A stretch of 64,000 nt of DNA, taken from contig OZ281500.1 of the NCBI GenBank assembly GCA_965637545.1, forward strand, positions 5,704,001 to 5,768,000, written 5' to 3'. The DNA is from Phallusia mammillata (taxonomy: Eukaryota). Each line of letters begins with the position of its first letter. Positions within the stretch are counted from its first letter, which is position 1. Below are positions 11,669 through 23,300 of the stretch, piece by piece. A program made the translations under genes and the position numbers. Below the pieces are notes generated by a model. The model saw only the letters and a program-made list of their open reading frames with translations, ran no database searches and had not been told where the DNA came from.

Positions 11669-14600
11669 ATGTTTCAATCCTTCGTTTTCTTGGTTTGTAC
11701 CATTGCTTTGGTATCAGCCGATTTATACTTGCATGGACCAAGAGGATCGAACAACAGGGCCAGAGAAAAGTCAGCAACTAGGGCAAATAACAACAGATTG
11801 TTTGACTCGCAGGTTAGTCTTTTAGCCTGTAGTACGATTGTAATGGTATATAAACTCTGACTTGTGTTGATCTGCTACTGTTAAAAACGGCTGTCACACA
11901 ATATATATTTAAGCAATCCCGTATGCTTAAGTTGTGTTTTTTTATACAGAACAACGCACGAGGTGGTTATAACTATGGGGACAAGAACCAAGCATCTAAA
12001 TCGGAAAACGACCACTACAGGATGGTAGGCTATACTTAATTTATTACGCACAAAGTTTAGTGCAATACGCCTAACAAATATCACACGTGATGATTGAACT
12101 GGGGCAAACCAAGTCAAGTTGCTCGTAAAAAAGATATGTTGAACATCATCGAATATGCTTACACAAACAGTTTCGTTATACCTTTTGTGTTTTGTTAACA
12201 TTGCTTCAACATTAAACGCTGTGCCAAACCTCACTAAAATATACGTTAACATAATAGCCTTTTTAATTTCTGCATAGCGCTAATATATTTCATATGATAT
12301 ATTATCGCATTAAAAGGCCTGGTTACGAATTGCATAGTCGTGAATAAAGTTGTTCGATTTAACTTTACTTTATCTTTGGTCTATAGTTTACATTCGCTTT
12401 ACGTTGCAGAACTACTTTCAAAGCGGGAAATCCGGTAAAACTGATCTCACAATCGAATGGACAAACCAACATGGATGTGGCGGTAACGAGGACACCTCAC
12501 CACACAAACTCAACTGCAATCTAGTTTTGCAATATATGTGCCAGCCAGACACTTCAACCGCCGCCCGTGAGTATCCAAAATTAGTCTTTGATATCTTGTA
12601 ACCAACATATTTTGCGCTGTGTATTTGCTCTTTCATGAAGCCCCAGCTTTACAAAATTGATTGGTTTAAGTTTAAGTAAATCTCTTCAGCCAGGTTTCGC
12701 TATCGATGAATTGGTTTGAAAACTATTAAGGCTGTTGTTTTATATTTCCTTAATTCAGCATTACGTGCTAAACCTACCACACGCTACAGGCATTTGCAAT
12801 GCATCGTAAAGCAGGCCCAAACTGTTGAAAGGTCCGAGATAACCAAAACATGTGTTTTTTCAGCCGATGACAGCATAACATTAAGAAACGGTCAGCAAAC
12901 GAACACTCAAGATTACCAGAAACCAAATAAAAACAACGATGAGAACAAGGGTACAGTGGAGTCGCGTCGAAATGATAATGTACGAGCGGATCGAGGCCTG
13001 CACGAATCCTGGGAGTGGTACGATTCCTGTTATAGACGGGAAAGAAACAAAGGTACTGCGTATGTTGCAATTTACAAGAAAATAGGAGTGTGCATGTATT
13101 GTTGAAACTGTATTGCTTTACGAGATAATATATATATATATATATAAATTGCTTTACGGATAAATGTAAATATCTTGTATTTCCAACAAAGTGAAAATAA
13201 CGGTGCAGGGTGCAAATAATTATTGGTGCAGTCATTTCCTACTTTTTTAAGACCATTCAAATACCTCAAAAGCAAATAATAAAGCTCTTGTATATGACTT
13301 TTCTTTTTGCTCGTTCTTTGAAGAAAATATGCAACATTTTTGCGATTTCACTGTAGTTTTGTAAACATTTATTACGAAGCCACCAGTCACCAAATGTATC
13401 AAAACTATTACCTAAAGTCCTAAACAATTTGTTTATCGATTCATTTCAGGTCTTTTTACTGCCGATCAGAACTTGCAGGACAACAACCAGGGTGTCTCGT
13501 CGGCAGTTTTTACTCGACAGAATCCCACCGACAACCGCAGAGGCTACGAGTGCCCAGAGGAACGGGATTATTTTCCATACTGGCATCCAACAGACTGGAG
13601 GGATATCGCTGTCTTAGCCCACAACGAATCTTGGTGCAGGTAAAACCTACTGGATAATCATTTCAAAAATCTACTGCGAGTAATTACTTTGTTGTTTACG
13701 CAGTCAAGTTGTAGCCGGTTTGCTTAAGCTTATTGCTATACTTTTCTCAATAAGGTCTTTTATCATAGCTTACGCAGCGTAAAACAGTTACCCAAACTTG
13801 TGTAGTAAACTAAAAGAAAGTCCTGCAAAGTAAATTCATGCCTTTTTAGCAACTAATGCTCCAATATTAAATCGTTTCGTACAGTTATTATCGGGCCAAC
13901 AGCTTCAACAGTCGCACATACGGCGAATGCGTGGAAAGCTTTACGGGTGGTGAACGCAAACACTGGTCAGTTGCCAACAACGCCACTAAGTGTTCGGATC
14001 TTGGTGGTGAGTGGGTAGACTACGAAAGCTACCTGGAATTGGCACCGACATTTACTACACAGCAACAGGTAAACGTACAAGCATAAGGAGTAGGCTATTA
14101 GACAAAACAAGTTCTTAACCAAGAAACATTTGATTGTCGACCATCATTTGTTCAACCACTCTAATTATAAAATAACTAAACCATTATCTTAATACCAGCT
14201 TTTCCGCTATGTATATCCATTTTTAAATACGTTGGTATAACAAACTTACTAAAAGTCTACTGCTTTTATATTTTGTGTGTTTTTCCGATCTTTTAGCAAC
14301 TTGTTTAGCTTCCATGTCCCCATGCAAATAATTAAAGTTTTGAACCTGAAAATGGTTTAAACCAGTACGTTTTCAATAGTATTAAAGGTTAAACAGTTGT
14401 GGTCAAACGATTTAAACAGCATACATTCAATGGGCGGCGAGAAGTTTGATGCTGTGATAACCGTTGTTGTACATTTAAACTTTTACTTAATTGACTTTTT
14501 CTAAGTAGTGCTTGGCGAACAACAACAACGCAAACCAACAAAGTGGTATCGTATACAAATGGGGAAAACCATACGACCGAAAGAAAATAGTAAACCACGA

Positions 14601-17600
14601 AGTTATCACCGATGCCTGCTTCATCGCAATGCCACAAATTTTCTGCAAGGTAAAGTTAAAGCTTTCTTGTCATGTGAATAAACACATAACCAACCCATTG
14701 ACGGTTTCCTCTTGTTTTGTCAATGTAGTTCGGTTCTGTTATTCGGCCCTTTGTCTACATATAACACTCCATACTTGCCATTTAATTGACAAGAACGAAC
14801 TAAATCTGACTCACAAAGTTGCACATAGTTTCTTAAACTGTGTGTCTACAAATTAAACTTAAATTTGAAAATTGGGATTTAAAGCATTTTTGATATGCTA
14901 CTCGTATTATACTTCGTAACAATTGGACAGGTGCAACGTGAAACTTCATTCATTCTCTGTGTTATGAGCAAAAGGCCTATGTTACGTGACTAGTGTGTTG
15001 TGTCACATCAAAACCTGTTTGGATTTTTCGGAATTTGATGTAGGTTAACTTCCTGGTAGGCGGTTGTTTGTTGTCACATTCGTTGCGGGGTTGGTGGGCT
15101 CCCTTGTTCGGTTAACTTTTGTGCTGTAATTCTGTGCACTAACTTTTAAGACTTAAAACTGGCTCAGGTATTCTTTTCAACGTGAAAATTTATACACATT
15201 ATGACATGAAGTGCCATTTACTTTAATGTTCACCTTTTTGTAGTCAGCTGACTGGTCACGTGTGAATCACCTTGGCAACGGTCGAGAGGGTGTGACGTTG
15301 AACTACACTTGGTCGCTTCCTCACTTTCCGAGCCTGGAGAAAAAAAGATGCGTGCTTCGCATGAGGTAACATTTGTTTTAAGCTTATTTTGTTCCGTTAG
15401 ACTCGTTCGAAAACCTTTTTGCAGCCGATTTAAAAAATAATGGAAAAGTTACTGTAATGGCAAACTGTAATGGCCCCAAATTACTGTTAATAAATTGATT
15501 ACTACATTATTTTGTTTGTCAAACCTTACAGTGCATTGTAAATGAGTATTATGGCAAAGTAGCGTCGTTTAGTGGTCAAACAACTTAGACAGGAACGTTT
15601 TGGCATTGACAAAGTGAATCAGTTAATGAAGACATGTTTTTTTAGATACAACATTTCTACAGACGACTACGCACCATTTGACACCGACTCGAATGACAAT
15701 CAGAAAAAGTGAGTAGGCCTACCACAAGTTGTTTTCTTTTTCTTCTTCTTTAAAAAAAGGGAAGGCAATAAAAACCCGATACCAAATTCCAACCAGTTTT
15801 TACAATTGAACAGAAAACGACGATTTAGAACTGAGAAAAATGTGGAGAATGATAACTATAGGTTGTAGAGGAACAGAGTATGATTTAAGACTGGTTTAGG
15901 TTAGACTGCTTACGACTGACGATAAATTGACGTACTAATGTAATACAGAACCAACAACGTGGTGATCAAGCGATCACCGATTGAACAAAACCCGTTGGTG
16001 AATATCGGAGCGGACAACCAACTTCTTCAGCTTGCCATCAACACTGATCAGACTGGCAGAACTTTCCAAGATAGAAGTCACACGTTTTTCATTTCGCCAC
16101 GACCAATCGGTAAGCAGTGTTTCTGTTAATGATCGTGGCGCCATGTAAAATAATGTTGCTTAAATTCATGCAAATTCCTATAACCCAAGAGACAAAGGAT
16201 TAAAAAAATTAAATAACCTGTTTTAGCAGTATACGTTTTAGACATGTTAAATGTACATAGCCTAATTATCAATAAATCAAAATGCCCAAAAATAAATATA
16301 TTTAAAAAGCAAACCATAAATGAAATACGTATTACGATCCAGCTTTCAGAGCCACTGCAATTTACAATTTTAGCATAGCAATAAAAAATATTCTTGTCTT
16401 CATTATTATTTCATGATCAATTCTTTTTAACAATTGTTCCCTTTCCTGGCATTACTGCAGAAATCATAGTTTCGTGATGTTGTTTCGAAGTCTTTTAATG
16501 TGACTTGACCGATCCTTGAATCACCAACAATTGTGCTGATCCTATGTTGCAGGTGTAGCGGATACTGATCACATAATTAACCTCAACATCAGGGGAAAGC
16601 GTGGAAACATTGTCCAGGTTTATCCTGCAGTCGAATACGACTTCAGCCCAAACAATCTTCATATCACAACTCAGGATCTTGTTCATCTTCAATGGACAGG
16701 ATCAAATACACATAACAACGGTAAGACGATGAAAGCATATTGATCGTGTAAAAGTGACATTGTTTGTTTGGTTTCAAATATCAAAGCCTGACAGTATTGT
16801 TGTGATAGATTATAACTAGGGCAAGTATTTGTTGCACTAAAAACGTGAGAAAGTTGCACTTAATTTCAAAAAAAGTTGCAGTAAAAAGTTGCATTTATGC
16901 ACAAGTTGCATTTATGCATACTTCTTGGAGTTAAAATGACTAGCGGGCCGCAGGTTGGACAATCCCTGCCTTACACTGTCATCTTAACAGATATCAAGGT
17001 TATCGCTTCTTACTTGCAAAATAACGAATGCACTTTTATATAAAACTTTATGCTTGACTGGGGTTGTTGAACTGCTAGCTTGCAAGCCAACTGTTGCGTC
17101 ATAGATAACATTGAGATACAGCTAATCCATCACATAGCTCTTTGTTATGCAAATCAAAGAGAATAGAACCATACTAAAAATAGTTTTATAGCATGTTTTT
17201 TAAATCACTCCTTTACATTTTGCGAAATACTTGATAAAAGTTGCAGTCCAAAGTTGCACGAAAAATAGAAAAAAGTTGCAACATAAAATTCCTACAAACA
17301 GCTTATAACATCATACTACATAAATTCTGAGTATTTAGGAAGCTGCCGGAAGCTGTAAAAAAAAGTTGCAAAAGTTGCAAAAACTTGCCCTAATTATAAC
17401 TATTTGGAAAAAAATAAAAGCAAAATAAATCAATTAAAAGTTCGCGAAACTGCTACCAGCAAAACTTTTTAACAGAAAACTTGACAGTACAGTGAGTGCG
17501 TACGAATGAACTTTTTTCGTTGTTTTCAATGATTTTGATAAAACAAAACAAACATTTTCATGTGTTGTGAAATTGCAGAGGCACCTGGAGGCGACGGGCA

Positions 17601-19056
17601 GACTGGAAATGCGGGAGAGGGCAATGAAGGAACAGACAAGAACAATTTAGTTGAAATGCGCAGTGCAAGTGAGAATTTTCCCACACCCTACGAGATGAAC
17701 AACATGCACAAAAGTAAGTCATGTAAACCCAAATGTCTCAAATCAGATAAACAAATGCACAAAACTAAGTCAAATGAACAATTCCCAACTACTCAATAAA
17801 TATAGGCCAATACCTCGGGTTGCCATCGACATGGAGCTGAAACTGAGGACAACCCAAAAATTAAATTTTTATGCGAAACGAAACAAACGTTTTTGAACAA
17901 ATCTTTGCATTTATATTAGTCATGTCATATCCCATGCCGTTTATGGCCAGAAACAATGTGTTCCAGCAACTCCTTGTTCGTAGAAAATACTTCGTGCATC
18001 TCACGACAGCTCAGGTCTAGGTTTTCCTTTCCATATAGCAGGGATTTTTGGCTGTATTTTCACAAAGTCTGTTTCTTGTGGTAGTTGAAAATAAGGACTC
18101 AAGTCAAAACAAGGACTTTCTTTAGAAATAAGGATAATAATTTTTTCTAAGACATTGCCCTTCAAAATAAGGACAAATCTAACGACGGTATGGCCATCTT
18201 GCCTATATACTCACTGAAAAATGTTTAAAGGTCTTAAAGACGAGGTATTTTCGTGTTTAAACTTTTATATGTGGTTCTGCTTGTTCAGAGACGTGTACCC
18301 AGGCTGGCGGATTGTCGTTTGGGTACCGGGTTGGACTCGATCTTAGTGATAGTAAGCCCCTACACCAACGACAAGGTGTCGAGTCCCTTCGTAGTTCTGC
18401 TGATCCGATTTAATGTGAAAAAAACATGCATAAAACAACTTTACTTTTAAACTAAACAAATTAAATAAATAAGAAACAACGACCGATTAGACACTACTAT
18501 GACGTAACTAAATTTAAAGCGTCAATTACTTTTCACACGTATTTACAATAACTATTTTTACAAATCGACTACGTTTAACACTTACAGACATGGAAGTTGT
18601 CTGGAGTGACGCTGGTTTGTCAACCTCCGCCTCTGCACAAAAAGACTACGCAATCCAACTTGCTTCAGCAGGATACTACAAGTTAGTAGTTTAATCATAA
18701 ATATATGCTTAAATGGTATTCGCCGCAATATTTGCTGTGCATAATAATGTACTAACTTACATGGGCCATCCAATATCAGGCCAGCAAATAGTTGCTGCTA
18801 TTCTCTTACACGTAAGTCGACATAGTGGCTGAAAAACCTAGCTTTTGATTTCTTACACCACAGGTGCGAATCAAACTCGGTGTGTGGAGGAGATTCAGTC
18901 GAGAAGAAAAACAAGTTGGACGAACTTTTAAATGGTGCGCCCTCCTCATTCCCCGGGATGATTTTTAAAATGAACAAAGGCAATTACAATTACATGTGCA
19001 CAAGGAACAACAATTTCTCAAACCGCAGCCAAAAGGGAAAAATTGTGGTCAATTAA
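11669..19056 (+). CDS. DD3-3: Protein DD3-3-like, paralog B (complete, 671 aa, predicted secreted)
   Basis: Phase-consistent GT-AG exons: 11669-11812, 11950-12024, 12410-12566, 12864-13052, 13450-13639, 13885-14068, 14509-14649, 15244-15365, 15646-15708, 15949-16109, 16553-16720, 17579-17713, 18588-18681, 18864-19056 (2016 nt including TAA). Starts [30 protein letters not shown]; motifs [82 protein letters not shown]; ends [21 protein letters not shown]. Confidence 0.95.
13128..13146. repeat. (AT)n microsatellite
   Basis: About 9 AT units in DD3-3 B intron 4. Confidence 0.85.
16817..17392. mobile_element. hAT MITE with TAGGG termini and subterminal AAGTTGCA arrays, 576 bp, DD3-3 B intron 11
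   Basis: TIR tagggcaagt / acttgcccta, perfect 8-bp TSD attataac (16809-16816, 17393-17400), and about 9 copies of aagttgca clustered near the two ends. Confidence 0.9.
17816..18200. mobile_element. Decayed hAT-Tip100-like element, DD3-3 B intron 12
   Basis: Ends resemble gggttgcca / tggccatct and there are four aaa(t/c)aagga subterminal motifs at 18089-18173; no TSD recovered. Confidence 0.35.
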
Positions 19057-20345
19057 AGCCACTCCTTGCATTTTTATAGTGTGAATGTGTTGAGAACAAC
19101 CTTGTTGGTTTGAGTTGCCTCAAAAAAGTTTACCGCATACCGACGCAACATGTTGAACCCGGTATGCTTGTACACACGCGTACCATTGCTTTCAAAACAC
19201 ACTTATTACGATACATTATGGTAAAACCTCTATTGCTCACAAAATCAATTTTCCATTGGCTGTGATTGTGCCTGTTCTCCTTCCAGTAACACTGGGTTGT
19301 TGAAAGCTGAGTGGTGTTTGGTGGAATCTAACTTTTTATCACTTTAGCATCATTTACGTACGTTTCCAGTTTCTTTGCTGTAGATCAGCAAGTCAAAATT
19401 CGGGGAATTCCCTCCGCACTTACGCCACAGTTTAATCGCCTTTGTTTTTATTTCGCATTATTCGTTTTTGTCTTGTTGTAATTGCCCAGAGTAAGTAAGC
19501 GAAACACTTGTTTTGTAATATATTGACGGTACGCCTTAAAGCATTTGATGTTGTCTCTCCAACGGCCTTACATTTTTTGCATTGTTTGTTTTCATTTTTA
19601 CGTTACTAGTTCTTAGCAATGTACATATCCGATGTCGATGTACACACTCATAAATGTATCTTTTTTTCATTTACCACTGTATACCCAACAAATGAGTACA
19701 ACTATCATAGAATCATGCCCAGCTATACACATACTCTACTTCATAGGCTATAACTGCATTAGTGGAGCCTTTTGTACGTTTTCTCTTTGATGTTAGGTAC
19801 AGTGGCAATTGCTTTTGACACCATAAAATAACCCATTATCACATATAAGATAATTTCCTATCGTTCATGAAACACTTTCGTACTTTTACATAGGATTGTG
19901 CAATAAACCAGGCTATATGGGCATACCAGCAATTGTCTCCATAGTGTTGTGCACGCTTCGTTATGTATTGTTCGCTAAGAAAGTTTACTTGTGCTCACAA
20001 CAATAACACAGACACAATTGTTGAACACCAACACGTTGGGCGGCAAAAACACTGACGGGAAAAAACGAGACAGAAATGGGGAAGGAGCTAGAAATATGTA
20101 GAAAGAGATAACGGGAGCGGTTGGTGATGGAGCGAACGAACAAAACCACAACGATAAATAAATAGACTGAACTTCCTATGTACACGTGAAACTGTGATAC
20201 TATGTACATGGTACAATGTAGCGCCCTCGTGCATCTCTCGTCTACAGCGCGTACATCCGCTTCGTGGTGATCTGCCACCAGCAATCTTGGGAAAATAACT
20301 CAGCGCTGTGCTTTGTGGTTTTGACGCAAATAGATGAAACACAAA

Positions 20346-23300
20346 TTATACGCTTTCTTCGCGCCCAAATCCATTGCCCATAAGAGGCTCGCCGCTCTCA
20401 ATTAGGGAATTTCGGATACTGCTATCGTCCGTACCCCGTCGACTGGCCAAACTGTCTGCTGGTACCAGTAAGTGGTCTGTGTGATTTGTTGAATGTCCAT
20501 CGCAGTGACCATTCATTGATGTCATTTGAGTTCCCCCGTTGCTGTGATAGGTCGAGCTTTTCCGCGAGGTGGCAGCAGGAAGGCCTTTACGCCATCGCCA
20601 GTTGCGCCAAAGCTTCGTAACTTCGCCTTGTACTTCCCCGTTAAGGAAACAGTAGAGAACTGCAATGAGCATTCCCTGTAAATAACAAAGATTTGGATTA
20701 AAAATTATCTTTTTTTGAAACATATACTGTACTGTTCAATGTAGTAACCTTTTCGAAGACTGCCACCTCGCTCTTGGACACGCTGTCAACTTCTTGTAAC
20801 CTTCTTCTGCGAAATGTGTTGATGCTCACAAAACTTAGGTAGATTTTTTGACTATCTTACACTTTGCCTGCAATCTTATTCCACCGCTGTCACCACCAAA
20901 CTTTGCAACAACCTGTTTTAAATCAGCCAAAAAGCTATCATCTGTAAACCGAAATGACCTTGGCTTCACCTTGACACCGTTGTCGTGCTCGCAACGAACG
21001 CCGTAAACACAAAGGCACGACACCAAAAATTCTCGAACGGTTACGCCTATTTACTACCAGGTCCCGATTCTTGGAAGCTTCTTGCAACGTTGACGCCCGA
21101 AACGAAGAATTCGCAGAAGCATTTACCACCGTTCGTGGCCTAGAGCTCTCCAAGAGTCGCTGTTTTTCGCTCTGTGCAGATTAATGGAATTGTACGGCCG
21201 CGCAATAAACACGATAGAACGTTTGTTGTGCAGTGGTATTACAAACTCATTAGCACCACACCGCGGCGAGATGTTCCCATAGTATATTGGCATGAAAAAT
21301 TTAAAATCTGAAGCAGATGATTTCACGGGGCATTCTGCTGCGATTAAATCACCTCTATCTTCATGACGAGCTTTTATTGACGGCTGAGCTTGGCCCGTTC
21401 AGGAGTGCACAAAATCCGCAAATGCCGCAAATCTTTTTCTAATCTCTACGGCGAATCAGGCAATTACGCCACCGCGGTTCTCGCGGGGTTATTCGAGTTT
21501 ATACTGACATTGAGATGCTGGCGATGTTCCCTCTATTGCAAGTGTACACACTAACACGCAAATATTTATATGCCTTACTAAGTGTTTTGTATTGGTTAAA
21601 ATTGCTAACATTCCGTAACGCACTGACACTTTGCCTACTGACTTCTGCATGAACTGTTTACTGCATACCCAATTTGTTCAGTTTATTTACGTCACTTTTA
21701 AGACTATGTTTTTTGTCTTTCCACTGAATCTTGATTATGAGATCTTTCATGGAGCTACCTTTATTTGGCCTAAATTGCTAGTCAGATCACACTTGTTCTG
21801 CATGTAGTTAGGCAATACCTCAAGGTTGCATGAAATTAACTCACAAAACACTGTAAACAAGTGTTAAGTACCTGCAGCGACGTGAAAGTCATTTCGAAAG
21901 CGATCTTCACGTGCATTGCTGGACTGCTGACATTCAAACCATCTCCAACAACGAAGAGAAATACTATATAGTGGATTCCCAGAAGCGGAATAAGGGCCAA
22001 TGTAGATCTGGCAAGACGATACTTGTAGTCATTTCGGGGCATGTTGTTTGCTCGCAACTTGGAGACTATTATCCGAATGATGTTGATGAATATGAGAAAG
22101 TTGATCTGAAAAAAGTAAAGACAAGTTAATTTATCATAATTTTCCAGCATAGTATGGACCATCATTTTTTACAATTGCTTGTTGGTGGTAGTTTAAACCT
22201 GCGTTTACAAGTATAGCGCAAAAAGTAAATTCATTTATTTTTTCGACACAAATATATATCTGCTTGTACTTGTAGACATGGTCAGTTTATTCAAAATAGG
22301 CAAGTAAAAATTACGAGGTCTACGTTTGAAAAAGAGCTTGCATACAGTCAATAAAAATGTTTGCACAAACCTGGATATAAAATCTTATAACTTACAACGT
22401 ATAAGGAACCACAAAAATTCAAAATGCCTGCCAGGGAGATTCTAACGAACTAAATGCAGCAAGTCAACGGGGGACACAAGTGGTGGTTTCTAAGAAATTT
22501 CATGTGTTTCAAGCAATGTGGACTCAAATTTCCAACTGGTAGTGGTTTCATAACTGCCAATCGCACCGGCGAAATTGAAAATTAAACACCGGTCCGACTT
22601 AAAGGACCTTCATGTCGCGTGCTGTACGAATGTTTTTCGCTCTTTGCGGTTGCTGGTGGTTTACCATGTAATTTCGCGGCGGGTTTTAAACCATGTAGGC
22701 TTGCTGGCGGGTATGGGTGAGACATAACTTGCAAAATTTAACAACATTCTTGTAAGTACATTGTAATTGGGGTCACAAGCGGAAGAACAGCTTCATAGTA
22801 ATAAAAGGCAGGTTACGAAGAAGCGATAGACAGTTTAACTTCATGTACAGACTTGTTGGACGCTTTGTAATCTTAAAATAATATAACTAGGAAGCAAACC
22901 TTAAAATTGGAACGAAACACTCGGCAACACTTCATCTAGGATTGCAGAAAGGTTATCAACAAACAACAACAAAGTTATATGCGGTCCTTCGAGTGTCATA
23001 ATTCTCACATCACAAAGATATTTCACGTGCGACAATCAAAGGTAGACAGCTCCGCTAAATCCGTTAAACAATATTGAAGGGCGGAAAATGTCAAAGACAT
23101 CGGAGCAGGCGTCGTTGTGATACCGTTTATGCGATTACATCCGTCATTAAAATAAATGCTATCGATGCGCAAAAAACACGGACATATAACGCAGTTACCT
23201 TATTTTCGGAATTCCTATGGAACTAAGTAAAGTTATATATGCAAAATTGCTAAAGAAGGACAGTAGTTGCGATATTTGTGGTTACGCATGGCGGAAATTC

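Noticed and set aside
12774-13235. 153-aa minus-strand ORF
   Set aside because: Antisense shadow of DD3-3 B exon 4 running through an AT microsatellite.
20835-21326. Several short ORFs in the GC-richer last GPCR intron, considered as an alternative terminal exon
   Set aside because: The best acceptor (tttacag|ATGATAGC) gives a stop after 7 codons; no TM7 or helix-8 similarity.
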